Assembly: GCA_043228905.1 (NCBI GenBank) | Contig: JBHGNT010000014.1 | Span: forward strand, 13,764,001-13,828,000 | DNA from: Azolla caroliniana | Taxonomy: Eukaryota > Plantae > Polypodiophyta | Reading direction: 5' to 3' | Length of the DNA: 64,000 nt | Shown: positions 13,401 through 25,616 of the stretch, one piece after another | How the letters are laid out: every line of letters starts with the position of its first letter | Position numbering within the stretch: the stretch's first letter is position 1 | Notes under the pieces: model-generated | Databases searched by the model: none | What the model was told of the DNA's origin: nothing | Seen by the model: only the letters and a program-made list of their open reading frames with translations | Translations under genes and position numbers: made by a program

Positions 13401-13770
13401 TTCGGTTGCCCAATAGAATTGGTAAGCGATCAAGGCACTCATTTTATTAACAAGTTAATTAACGAATTAACCAATTACTATGCCGTAGTTCATAAGAAAA
13501 GTACGCCTTACTATCCCCAAGCTAATGGATTGGCAGAATCGACAAATAAAACAATTCAAACAATTTTAAAGAAGATAATGAATGAAAATCGTACTGATTG
13601 GGATCAAAAGTTAAATAGTGCATTATGGGCATATCGTACTTCGTACAAAACATCCATTAAATCAACACCTTTCCGAATGGCATTCGGACTCGAAGCCGTT
13701 ATGCCGATCGAATTTCAAATTCCGACACTTCGTATCCAAGCAACGAATAAGTTAAATGAAATAAAATCGA
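10414..13770 (+). pseudogene. E gag (partial)-RT-RNaseH-integrase; protease missing
   Basis: IRVCVDYRKLN, FLDGFSGYNQ, MMFGLKTAP, frameshift at VF/LDDF, FVDASDIAIG, GHYAG..CDLCQR, WGLDFVGP, SDQGTHF. Confidence 0.92.
12655..13158 (+). repeat. 252-bp in-frame tandem duplication in E integrase zinc-finger region
   Basis: RIAVRSRNFCLFNDILYHKGADGIW.. occurs twice; AAAGAAT at 12655, 12907 and 13159. Confidence 0.92.
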
Positions 13771-14019
13771 AGCCGAAAGAACCAGCAAGACTCCTGGTAT
13801 TCAAGCTTCCGGAAGAAGTGAACCAGAGCAGCCAACCGAATCACAACCTGCTCCGAAGGACGACTGTGACACAGATGAAGATGAAGAGGAAGATATAGGT
13901 GGAATACATCCAAGGCCAGATGAGCCTTCGATTTTTGATATTCTGAACGATTCGGATGAAGAGCTGCAGGAATAGGCGTGGGTTCGCTGGACAAGGTCCT
14001 GGCCCACGGACGTGCCAAG

Positions 14020-14382
14020 TGTTACCCGGACCCGGACAGTCAGTTTTACCGAACAAGTGGGAAAGCGTCGAAAACAGAGTCGGTTCGGATCGACTGTTCG
14101 GATCAATGACTCAGCAGTAAACGAAGAGAACTAAGTTAGTTAGATAATTTTGTAAATCTTGATAGTAAGTAGGAATAGTTCTTGATGAGAAAAGACCTTC
14201 GGTATACCTATAAAAGGGAACCGAAGGCATTGTAAGAAAGGTCGTTTTATTTAGTAATATAAGTTTAAGTTAGGAATATCCTGTACGGATTCTGTGTTCT
14301 TTCTATTGTCTATGTTCTTAAGTGCAAGCTTCCTAATTTATAACTAAGTAACGATCACAGTAATTACCGATTAATATAGTAT
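14020..14382 (+). repeat. 3' LTR of E (truncated)
   Basis: Near-identical to 9898-10260. Confidence 0.92.
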
Positions 14383-17300
14383 CCGCCGTCGTGGCGCTTC
14401 TTGAACGCTTTGATCTGCTTCCCTGCTACCGGTATCGCCATCCTCGTACCGTCGAGTTCCGCCAGGTGATACGTCCCGTTGTCATTGGCGATCGTTACCA
14501 CGTAAGGCCCGAACCACCGCTTCGCAAACTTCTGTGTTGCTCGGTGCTGGTGGTCGAGGCTACTGTCGTAGACTAGCACCCAGTCGCCTTCCTCGATTTT
14601 CTTTGGTCGGAGCCGGTGCGTTCGGTCGAACCGGGCTTTGTTCTTCATCCTCGCCGTCCGCAGTCTCTCCGCCGCTCGTTCCACGTCCTCTGGCCTCCGC
14701 TCGAGCTGCCGTATACGCGCCGCTAGCAGTTCTTCCCGGCTCATCTCGTCTCTCCAGTCCACTATCGCCCAAGAGGAGATCGTCCGTTCCATCGGCATGA
14801 TCGGCTTCTGTCCGAACATGAGCTCTGACGGCATGAACCCGGTTACCGAACTGTGCGTTGTCCGGTCCGCCCACAAGGTATAGGGTAACAGTCGTGGCCA
14901 GTTCCCGACCTGGCCTCCGCACGCCCAGACTAGCGCTTTGACGATCGGTCCGTGTCTGCGCTCCACCTTCCCGTTCGCCTTTGGATTGTATGCTGTGGTG
15001 AGCGAGAGCTTGACCCCTAACCGGTCGAACAACTCCTCGGCCTCTTCGGCGTCCAACTCCCCGCGGTCAGCCACGATCTTCCCGACGCACCCGTATTGGC
15101 ATATCACATCCTCGATCAGGAACCGACACATGGCCGCGGTCGTTTTGTTCTGCAGGGCTCGGCCTTCCACCTGGTTTGTTAGGTTCTCCTGAGCCAGCAC
15201 CAGATATCGCATCTGCCCTACGCCCATCGACATCGTCACCAAATCTACCATCCATTTGAAGTGGATGGCCGGAGGGTATGTAGGGTGAAGCTCGTCCCAA
15301 TGTCGGACTATGGAGTGTATCTGACAGCTCTCACAAGTTGTCACGAACCGATGCACATCCCGGTACAGTCCCGACCACCAATACTTCCCCTTTAGTTTCT
15401 CGAACGTGGCCCACGTTCCACGGTGTCCAGCCCAGGGGTTGTCGTGGTAGGCCTTCAACAACTCCTCCTGTTCCTCCTTCATCGCCACCACTCGGAGCAG
15501 GATGTCGTTTCTCTTCTTCGGGTGCTTCCACAAGTATCCATCCCGGAGAAAGAATCGGTACGCTTTCTTCCGGATCCGGTTCGCCTCGTCCTTTGTCCAT
15601 GACGTGTTCGGCGTCATTGTCCTTAAGAAACCTCCAATCTGCAGCCACTCCCCGTTGTACTTGCTCTCGTCGAAATCGTTAAGCGCCGGAGTGCTCCCTC
15701 CCTCAGTTGTTACGTAAGCCGCCTCGAAGAAGTCTACGCCGACTTCCTCGTCCTCCGAAACCATGCCGCCCTCGTCGTCGAATCGCGCCCTTGAAAGCAT
15801 GTCGGCCATGGCATTGTCTTTCCCGAAAATGTGTCATATTTCCGGATCCAGGGACTTGATGTACGCTATCCACCTGAGCATTGCCAGGTCTGGGGTTGCG
15901 CATCCGGAAACCATGCCGAGAATCGGCAGGCAGTGTGTCTCGATAATCACCTCTGTCCCGATTAGATAGTCTTTATCGGCCTTCACTGCCGAAACGATAC
16001 CCCAGAGTTCGCGTTTAACCTGGGCGTATCCTCGCTATCGCTCACTGAGGACCTTCGCACCGAACCGGATTGGGAACCGAATGCCGTCCTCATCCTCTTG
16101 GTTGACAACCCATCCGTTCCCGGTCGGACTCGTATCTACTATTATGTAGACGGGAGTGCCTTTCTCGTAGACAGCCTTCCGGAGTGCCGGAGCTGCAGCA
16201 AGAGCCTCCTTCATCTTTCGGACCGACTCCGTATGCTCGTCTCGCCACTCGAATTTTCGCCCCTTTTTCAGCAACCCGTATAGTGGCTCGGCAACGTGGG
16301 CGTAATGCGGGATCCATATGTGGTAGAACACACATGCTCCCAAGAACCTCCGTACCTCCGTGACCGAGTTACAGTCGGGCTTCATTGCGGAGATGGCTTC
16401 CACCTTAGCCGGAGACGGTTTCCGGCCATACGGTCCGCATAGATGTCCGACGACCATGATCTCTGATTGCCCGAAGGACGATTTCTCCCCGGAGAAGGTG
16501 AGCCTTGCGTCCTCTAGCCTCTGCAGCACCCTCTCGTAGTCGTCAATGTGTGTCGCCACGAATTTCCGGCATCCGTCCGGTCTGATCGTTTCGTCCTTTT
16601 CCTCCGCTGGACATCCCTTGATCGGGATGTCGTCCAAGAATGGCATGGTGATGTCCGGGATACAATCCCTCAACACCTTGTTCATCGCATTCACCATGTG
16701 GGCCACCGAGTTCGTCCCTCCTTGTGGCAGGGTACACATCCGCACTAGGCCGAGAGGAGTCCGCATCGTCGTAATGTCTCTACTCTCCACGACTAGTTGG
16801 AATTGATCGTACCCCAAGTATAGATCACCGACCGAGTAGATCGACCTTCCGGCAAAGGCCTCCACGAACTCGTCTATCGTTGGTCCGATTCTTGTGTTCC
16901 GAATGGTCACTTTGTTGACTGGTTGCAGGTCTTGAATGAAGCGCAACGTCCCGTTCTTCTTCGGTACGGTAAACCACCGGTTCGAGTACGGGGCACTCGA
17001 CGGTTCGAGGATGCCCATATCGACTTTCTGCCTCAACAGCTCCATCATCTCCGGGATGTGAGCTCTTGGTACCGGAATTGGTTTGAGGTTCCACGACACA
17101 TACCGTGAATATCACCATCGGCTTTACGACTGTTGGGTCTACGCACCCGATTTCTTCTGGTGAGAATGCGAAGGCTTTCCCGTGCCTTCCGAGCATTCTC
17201 CGAAACCGGTCTTCTTCCGCCGGCAGTAGGAACCCGCCCCCACCGATTTTGAGCTCCCGTAGCGTTCTGTCGATGAAGGTGTGTTCTATGCAGGCCGGAT

Positions 17301-17634
17301 CACGTAAACTGGGGTCTGACACGACCCCTTTTTTTCGCAACTCGCTGCCCTCCGGTAAGGGTGCCGCGACTGGCCTTACCTTCCGGTCCACAGTCTTGTA
17401 CTTCGTGTTAACTCGGGCCGTCTGATCCGACTCGAGCCCTCGACTGAAGTCTGTGATGCCTTCGTACATCTCTTCCGAACAAACTGGTATCGTCCGGTCT
17501 TCTTTAAGGCCCTCTCCGACCACCTCTCGCAGTATTCCCAAGGTATCGTCGAAGGAGACCGCCTCCACGGCTCTGTTGATTTCCTCGTTGGGCCCGAGAA
17601 CTCTGCACGCCCGAAGTCGTTCTTCCGCCCTTGT
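14383..17634 (-). pseudogene. D pol: RT, RNaseH, integrase
   Basis: ORFs 16035-17099 (LRFIQDLQPVN, PFLDDIP, IIVDTSPTG) and 14364-15809 (HDNPWAGH..CESCQ, VADRGE, KRWFGPY). Confidence 0.92.
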
Positions 17635-17644
17635 TGTCATGATA

Positions 17645-17705
17645 TGGCAAGACTCGAACCCATGACTTTATGCTACATGGGTCGAGCTCTTACCATTAGA
17701 CTATG
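17645..17705 (-). other. tRNA-like Pol III A/B-box cassette in F LTR (copy at 22871-22931)
   Basis: Minus strand TAGTCTAATGG (A box) and GGTTCGAGTC (B box) 43 nt apart, ending ..TTGCCA. Confidence 0.55.
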
Positions 17706-18079
17706 AATTGTATTTTGTAGGATATTATTTTCATTTATACTTTATCATAGAAAATTGATGTATATTCTAGATCTCTCTGGAACATTCTAGAAGCTTTAGG
17801 ATTATTCCTAAAAACACTATAAAAGGAGGCACAAGGCATTGTTTTGAACCAAATTGGTTCAACGCCAGTCTTAAGCCTCTTAGCCGCTTGTACTTATCTT
17901 TTCACATAATATATTAGCTGCTGTCATCATCTCTCTCTCTCTCTCATTTTCGCTATCTCTCTCTCTCCTCTTCTCACTTCCTCTCCCGGGAATCTTACGC
18001 AGTCCCGTCCTCTTAGTACTAATAGTACTGCTGTTCTTAGTAGTAAATCCATCTTTGTTTTAGTACTATTCCTGACAGT

Positions 18080-18091
18080 TTGAACCAATTT
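18080..18091 (+). promoter_or_regulatory. Self-priming type PBS of F
   Basis: TTGAACCAATTT is the exact reverse complement of AAATTGGTTCAA (17851-17862), 33 nt after the TATA box at 17818. Confidence 0.75.
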
Positions 18092-18147
18092 TCTTCCTCT
18101 AGCCTACTTGTCACTCTCCCTCATCCTCCTACCCTTTTCCCTATACT

Positions 18148-19305
18148 ATGGCTACTGTTAGCGCCCAAGAATACCAATCCGTTTTCTCCGAGCTACAGTG
18201 CCTAAAAGAAAAGTTTGTTGCCCTAGAACAAGAAAACCAACGGCTGATAGGGGATCTGCAACAAATCGCTCTAGAAAAACAACAAACGCAACAACAACAT
18301 GGGGAGTTAGCGTTACGGGTACAACAACTCGAAGCAGCGTTGCAACAACAAGGATCCAGTCCCCAAGGATTTCATAAAGAGCCCAAGATTGGACTTCCTG
18401 TGAAATTTGATGGAACGCGTTCGCAATTCCGGGGATTCCTTAATCAGATACGCTTAGTCATCCATATGCATCCTTCCCGATATCCCACTGATGCATCTCG
18501 AGTCGGCCTAATAGGCACGCTACTTAGCGGCTCAGCCTTGGCATGGTTTGCTCCGCTTCTAGAAAAACAATCGCCCTTACTTAATAACTTTGAAGATTTT
18601 ATTGGTGAGTTTAAAGCCTGCTTTGGAGACACCGACAGCATCAGGACGGCGATCAACAAGATCCGGCGATTGCGTCAAGGCGATCGTCCAACCTCTGCCT
18701 ACGCGGCGGATTTCCGCCTACTTGCTTCAGATATACCCTGGGATGATCAAGCACTAATGGAGCAGTTTCGCTATGGCTTGCGAAACGATGTCAAAGATCT
18801 ACTTCTAACTTTCCCCGAAGAACCAAAGTCTCTTACGGAGGCAATCAGTCGAGCAGTTCGATGTGACAACCGCCTTTTTGAACGGCGTTCAGAATGTCAA
18901 TTACAGATACCACGCTCTAGGCTAGAGCCCACTTACGCCGCAGTCGCGGCTAAACCGTTTGCACGAGACATACCTCAAGCAAATACTTCGACACCGATGG
19001 AGATCGATACCATGCGTCGACGCGGCCCGTTATCAGAAGAAGAAAAGCAACGACGACATGCCAATCGATTATGTCTTTATTGCGGTGGACTAGGACATAT
19101 CGCCATCAACTGTCCCCATAGGCCAAGAAGACAGGTAAATCAAATCGTCGCCTGTACTAAACCCGAGTCAATTCTTCCCTTCGGAGTGTCTGATAGTATT
19201 AATAGTACTAATAGAGTGTCAGATAGTATTCATAGTACTAATAGCCCAAGTATCTCAAATAAATTTGAAATCCTTAGTCAATTAGATGAAGAGTTAAACG
19301 ATTGA
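18148..19305 (+). CDS. gag: F Gag (intact ORF, 385 aa)
   Basis: N-terminal coiled coil, [20 protein letters not shown] capsid domain, PMEID, zinc knuckle [14 protein letters not shown]. Confidence 0.92.
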   Translation: MATVSAQEYQSVFSELQCLKEKFVALEQENQRLIGDLQQIALEKQQTQQQHGELALRVQQLEAALQQQGSSPQGFHKEPKIGLPVKFDGTRSQFRGFLNQIRLVIHMHPSRYPTDASRVGLIGTLLSGSALAWFAPLLEKQSPLLNNFEDFIGEFKACFGDTDSIRTAINKIRRLRQGDRPTSAYAADFRLLASDIPWDDQALMEQFRYGLRNDVKDLLLTFPEEPKSLTEAISRAVRCDNRLFERRSECQLQIPRSRLEPTYAAVAAKPFARDIPQANTSTPMEIDTMRRRGPLSEEEKQRRHANRLCLYCGGLGHIAINCPHRPRRQVNQIVACTKPESILPFGVSDSINSTNRVSDSIHSTNSPSISNKFEILSQLDEELND

Positions 19306-22300
19306 GTCCAGCCAAAATAGGAGCCATTTGGTTGGACAACAGCCCTAGATCTGTACAGCCCATTAGTGGTTCCATTCCTTCCAAGCAAGTTAGCAATGTG
19401 TTCCTAGCCCAAGTCATTGTTAGTACTAAAAGTACTCCCCCAGTACCCGTCCTAGCACTTTTAGATTCTGGAGCTAATTCCTGTTTCATGGATCGAAATT
19501 TTGCCCAAGCTTCTCAGATATCCTTAAGAAAACTTCCTTGTCCCGCATCTGTAGTGGTCATTGATGGTCGTCCCATTGCTTCCGGGAATATTGTAGAAGA
19601 ATCAGAACCCATTCAAGTTGTCCTAGGTAGTTTTGTGTGTATAATATCATTTAATATAATTAGTAGTCCGGAGCATCCCATTGTCCTAGGATTACCTTGG
19701 CTTGAATTACATAATCTAGCCATAGATTGGAGAACAAGAGAAGTCCGATATCGACCACCCCAAGAATCAACTCACCGAGTTTCGACCATTTCACTCCATC
19801 AACTACGCGAAGAAGGACCCAAGGAGGCAATGTTCCTATTTGCCATATCAGTACATCCTTCTAGCACTATTAAGAAGGACTCCTCAATACAACTTCCGGC
19901 AAAATATCATCCTTATGCCGATGTATTTGACAAGGTAAAAGCCGGTACCCTTCCTCATCACCGTCCCTATGACTGTCCCATCGATTTACAACCAGGAACC
20001 GAGCCACCATGGGGACCAATTTACAACTTGTCACCCACCGAGTTAGAAGTCCTTCGAGCCTACATAGAGGAGAACTTGGCAAGCGGGTTCATCCGTCATT
20101 CGAAATCTCCGGCCGGTGCACCCATCTTCTTTGTCAAGAAGAAAGATGGCTCACTTCGTCTTGTCGTTGATTACCGCGGATTGAATAAAGTCACCATCCG
20201 GAATAGGTATGCACTTCCTCTTATATCAAGTCTTTTAGAGCGAGTTAATGGTGCCAAGTTTTTTACTAAAATCGACCTACGAGGAGCGTATAATCTCGTG
20301 CGGATCCGACCGGGAGATGAGTGGAAGACCGCTTTTCGCACGCGGTATGGGCATTTCGAGTATACTGTTATGCCGTTTGGCCTAACCAATGCACCCGCAG
20401 TCTTCCAACACATGGCAAATGATATATTCAGAGACCTCTTGGATATCTGTTGATTTATTCGAAGACCCAGGAAGAGCACGATTCTCATGTACTATTAGTA
20501 CTAAAGCGACTCCGCGAGAATGGTCTTTATGCCAAGCTAGAAAAATGTAGCTTTGACTGCAAGCAAGTGGAATTTCTAGGCTACGTCATCTCCTCAAAGG
20601 GCATCGCCATGGATCCAGCTAAAATCCAAACTGTACTAGAGTGGCAAATTCCACGGTTGGTACGAGATGTACAATGTTTTCTAGGTTTTGCTAACTTCTA
20701 CCGTAAGTTTATACAGGATTACTCGAAGATTATTTTACCTCTCACACAACTTACGAAGAAGGGCCAAGCATTTCTTTGGTCCATTGAAGCAGATATGGCT
20801 TTTCGGCATCTTAAGAAAGCCTTTACATCAACACCGATTCTAGCTCATGTGGATACAAGCAAACCATTCATCATGGAGGCCGACGCATCAGATTTTGCCC
20901 TCGGTAGCATCCTTTCTCAACAAGGCGATAAAGAAGAGTTGCATCCGGTGGCTTTCCATTCGCGCAAATTCAATGTCGCAGAAATCAACTACGAAATACA
21001 TGACAAGGAGTTATTAGCCATCGTGGATTCATTTGTACAATGGCGGCATTTCTTAGAGGGCTCTCCACATCAGGTCATTGTCTTTAGCGATCATAAAAAT
21101 CTTGCTTATTTTCAGAACGCTCGCGTACTAAATCGACGGCAAGCTCGGTGGGCGCAATTCCTCATGTGTTTCGACTTCGAAATCACATATCGACCGGGGA
21201 AGCAGCAAGGAAAAGCAGATGCACTATCACAGCGTTCATATCTTGCACCTCGTCCTGGTGACGCAACATTTGATAATCAAAAGCAAGTAATCTTGGGACC
21301 AACACGATTGCACACGACGCGGATTTTTCACACCCCGATGGATTCACAGATTACCGATGACATACGTGCAACCTTGAAGACGGATAGTTTTGCTCAAGAC
21401 ATCCTGGCGCACATTGATACTTCTCGGGCATCCTGTTCTCAGTCTCAACAACCAGGTATTGACTACTGACAATTCGAATATCATGATGGTTTGTTATTCT
21501 TTAAAAAGCGCGTATATGTCCCCGATTGCTCCTGTCGCCTTCAAATCGTCCAACATTGTCACGACACCCATACGGCGGGACATTTCGGTAGTACCAAGAC
21601 GTTGGAGCTAGTGCATCGATCTTTTTGGTGGCCCCACATGCGCCATTTTGTCGACGACTACGTTCAGACCTGTGATGCTTGCTACCGAGCAAAGATGCCA
21701 CGACACCATCCATATGGCTTGTTGGAACCTTTACCAATTCCAAGTAAGCCATGGCAGTCTATTTGTCTTGATTTTATCACAGATCTGCCGGTCTCGAAGG
21801 GGTTCGATGCTATCCTAACCGTCGTCGATCGATATACGAAGATGGCATATTTTGTGCCATGTACTAAAGCCATCACTAGCGAGGAAACCGCCGCTCTTGT
21901 TATGCGTGAGGTATTTCGGCATCATGGCCTCCCAGACAGTATTATCAGTGATCGAGGCCCGCAATTTGTCTCCAAATTTTGGCAGCATCTCTTCAGGATG
22001 CTCAAGGTCTCCTGCAACCTCTCCTCCGGCTACCATCCTCAAACCGACGGACAGGCGGAACGAACAAACCAAACGTTGGAGCAATATCTCCGGTGTTTCC
22101 TGAGTTATCAACAGGACGATTGGGCCGAGATTCTCCACTTTGCGGAGTTTGCGTATAATAATGCTATTCACTCCTCGACTCGGGTCTCCCCATTTTTCGC
22201 TTATACCGGTTTCCATCCTCGCTGGTCGGTGATCGACACTCCGGAGCTACCTACCAACCCTCGTGCCGAGGACCATTTGGAGAGGCTACGCAAGATCCAG

Positions 22301-22849
22301 ATGGATCTCTCTACTCACCTTCGTCATGCTCAACACACACAGAAGACTTATGCAGATCGTCATCGGATTCCCTCCTCTTTTGCCATCGGAGATCGAGTAT
22401 GGCTCTTACGTCGTCACATCAAGACTACTCGACTGTGCGACAAGTTGGATTATCGACGACTCGGTCCTTTCCGTATTACGGGGAAGATTAATGATGTCAC
22501 CTTCCGCGTGGATCTCCCTCCGCAGCTTCAGATACATCCGGTTTTCCATTGTTCTCTTCTTGAACCTTATAAAGCAAACACCATTCCCGATCGTGTGACA
22601 CCACCGCCGCCCCCGCTGGAGTTGGACGCCGGCCCGGAGTATGAAGTTGCTGCCATCCTCGATTCCAAACTTGTTCGCAACAAACTTTATTACTTGGTCG
22701 ATTGGCTCGGTTATAGTCCGAGCGAACGTACTTGGGAACCCGTCGAGAATGTTGCCAATGCACAAGATCTGCTTGCTGATTTCCACCGAAAGTATCCCGA
22801 CAAACCCGGTCCGCAATTAGCGCCGACTCGTTCCACTCGTCGTCTTTAA
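19302..22849 (+). pseudogene. pol: F Pol (PR-RT-RH-INT-chromodomain), disrupted
   Basis: [26 protein letters not shown], YxDD deleted near 20450, ADASDFALG, stop at 21467, SDRGPQF, EYEVAAILDS..YLVDWLGY..TWEP. Confidence 0.93.
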
Positions 22850-23472
22850 GGGGGAGATAGTGTCATGATATGGCAATACTCGAACCCATGACTTTATGCT
22901 ACATGGGTCGAGCTCTTACCATTAGACTATGAATTGTATTTTGTAGGATATTATTTTCATTTATACTTTATCATAGAAAATTGATGTATATTCTAGATCT
23001 CTCTGGAACATTCTAGAAGCTTCAGGATTATTCCTAAAAACACTATAAAAGGAGGCACAAGGCATTGTTTTGAACCAAATTGGTTCAACGCCAGTCTTAA
23101 GCCTCTTAGCCGCTTGTACTTATCTTTTCACATAATATATTAGCTGCTGTCATCATCTCTCTCTCTCTCTCATTTTCGCTATCTCTCTCTCTCCTCTTCT
23201 CACTTCCTCTCTCGGGAATCTTACGCAGTCCCGTCCTCTTAGTACTAATAGTACTGTTGTTCTTAGTAGTAAATCCATCTCTGTTTTAGTACTATTCCTG
23301 ACACTTGTCTTTTCTCGGCCTACAACGCCGACTATCGTACACCCTCCGTTGTCGGAGAAACAAAATTTCCTAGTTATGGTACAAGGTTTCTTCGGTTTCG
23401 CCTCTATCGTACATTTGTGGGGTTTTCCCGGAGTGTCCGAACTGTCGCGGCCCCACGCCTTGACAACCCTCT

Positions 23473-25576
23473 CTAAAAATCCTCTCGGTTCTCGCCACCG
23501 AGGGACTCGCGGTTTCGCTCGTGGTTCGGTCGCACTGTCAGGAACTGGACCGAATGACGCCCGTCCTGACTCTTGACCCTCGCGTAGGCCGACCCGTTGT
23601 CCAGCACCTTGGTCTCCATCCGCGCTACCGTAATGTACGGTTCTCCCAGTATGACTGGGTGCGAGGACGTCTCCTGCACAAAGAAGTGCTGATCTATCTC
23701 GACGTCGCCGATCTTGACTCGCCGTGGGCAGGCCTCGTGTAGTTCCTCGGTGGCGCGCGTCGCCGCCCGTATCTTCCACCCGTGCTTAGTGTTGATCGGC
23801 CATTTCCCCTTCTTGTAGAAGTCCATGGACATCAGGTTTATTTCAGAACCGTGGTCCACCAGCGCCACCACCGGTTCCTGAACATCTCTGATCTTCACCG
23901 GGGTTTTCGTGGTCGCTCGGGCCCAGTGTGGCCTTGAATAGTGGCTCTCCGCCCACTCGTCTTCCATCGCCATGTCCTCTATGTGCGCCGTCCGCACTTC
24001 CACCGGCCTTTCCGGTTCTGCCTCCGTTGACAGCCTCTTCCTCTTCACCAAGTCACGATGGAGTCGTGGAACTCCTTCTTGGCGATTCCGAGCACCTCCT
24101 GCAACGACAGTTCCACTTTGCTGTCGAGGATTCGTTCTTCCAGGACCTTTCGTAGGTCCGTGGTCCTTTCGATCTCCGTGCCCAAATGGTATCCGCCCTT
24201 CTTGTGGTTATCCCGGGCACTGGACTCACCAACCTCGTTCTGTTTCGGCTCGAATCGGGTTTCGTATCTCTGTGAGGGTCCGGCCCCTCCGGTTTTACCT
24301 ACCCGTTTGTCTTCAACCAGGGCCTCGTAGTTTTGGCAAGCTGCTTCTACGAAACCCGTCTTTTCTTCGACCGGGTCACTCCACCTGGTTACCCCCTGGA
24401 CCCGCTTCTCCGCGCGGTCCGCCTCGTCTTTCTTTAGTCGGGCACCGGCGAGGCCTTCCAGCACCGTCGGCCAGAACCCGGCTTTGCTCTCCTTCCGGAC
24501 CTCGCTGCCTCCGACCCGAATACCGGCTGACGCTGAGTAGTGGACGGTCTCCGCGTGCCAGGCCGCCGCCTCTTCCATCAGCCTTTTCATTCCTCCTCGC
24601 CCGTTGTTTCGGTTCAGCGCCCTCCAGGTATCACTGGCGTGCCCGTTGTTTCGGTTCTCAAAGCCTCCGCAAAGTCCCCGCAGTCTTTCCGGATGTGGCC
24701 AACCTCGTCGCACCACATGCACCTATTTCCTGCCAGAGGCCGTTGGTCACGAGCCTGTTCGCCACCTTCCCTCCGAGCCTGGGCGATCTGGAGATCCTTT
24801 ACCGCCCGTGTCAACTCCTCCAAAGCTGTTCCCCCGAACGAGCCTCTGACCACGCCGGTCGAAACCGAACTGGTTTCAGGCCACTCCCGGGTCTCTTCCC
24901 TTCGCGCCTGCGGTATCGGTTCGAGCTTTCTTGGTGCGACAGGACCCGCCCCGGTCGCCCCTGTATCAACCCACTCCCACCGTTTGTCAAAACGGCCGCA
25001 AACTCTTTTTACCGCGGCCCAGTCGGCCGTCAGCCCGTCTTCGGTTTCCAGTAAGGAGCCCACTTGCTCCCGATCCCGTGCGTCAACCGATTTGACAAAC
25101 AGTAGGACACGACTTGTGTCCAGAACGGTCCGATCGAGCGCCGAAAGGCGCGCAAAGCGATCCTCAAACTCTCGGAGGAGTACTGCCACATTTCTTCGTT
25201 TGTTGGGGGACTCCACCCACTCCATGAAGCCCCGCTTCGAAAGTCGAAGCGCGTCATCCAGCCCGTATTTCTCCAGGAGCTGTCCTTCGAACTCCTCCCA
25301 GGTCCGGCTCTCCGCCCGGACCTCGAGCACCTCCGCATGGATGCCCGGCATCGCCACTCGAGGGAATCCGGCAAGAAGCCTCTCTTCCGGAATATCCCTC
25401 ATCAACATCTCTGACCGGTAAAACGCCAAATAACTTGTGGCATCCTTTCCACTGAACCGGCCGATCGTGCCCACAATCGCCTCAATAGCCCTGTCAAGGG
25501 CGCCGGTGCCCTCGCGCGCGCTCACTATCCGGTCCACGGCCGAAGCCATGGCCTCTGCAAGATCCGACCCCCTCAT
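23473..25576 (-). pseudogene. D gag and aspartic protease (frameshifted)
   Basis: Zinc knuckle CMWCDEVGHIRKDC; protease VALVDHGSEIN..VILGEPYI. Confidence 0.85.
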
Positions 25577-25598
25577 CTTCTGCACCTCTGCCGCCTTG

Positions 25599-25616
25599 TT
25601 CACGTCGGGTTCACCA
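25599..25616 (-). promoter_or_regulatory. PBS (tRNA-Trp) of D
   Basis: Plus strand TTCACGTCGGGTTCACCA equals the last 18 nt of plant cytosolic tRNA-Trp as recalled; 4 nt from the LTR. Confidence 0.85.

Larger units (their letters stand above)
9898..14382 (+). mobile_element. Ty3/gypsy element E (non-chromovirus, Athila/Tat-like RT), internally deleted, right end truncated
   Basis: Direct LTRs start at 9898 and 14020 (about 2 differences over 363 bp); gag, RT, RNaseH and integrase between them; right LTR fused to D integrase at 14382/14383. Confidence 0.9.
17635..23303 (+). mobile_element. Young full-length Tcn1-like chromovirus F
   Basis: 443-bp LTRs 17635-18077 and 22861-23303 (about 5 differences), TSD CTTGT, PPT 22848-22860, gag-PR-RT-RH-INT-chromodomain. 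Confidence 0.95.

Noticed and set aside
23972-25421. Long plus-strand ORFs of 360 and 293 aa
   Set aside because: Antisense shadows of GC-rich D gag with no recognisable domain
25599-25616. Apparent tRNA-Trp gene
   Set aside because: Only the 3' 18 nt including CCA, next to an LTR, so it is a PBS
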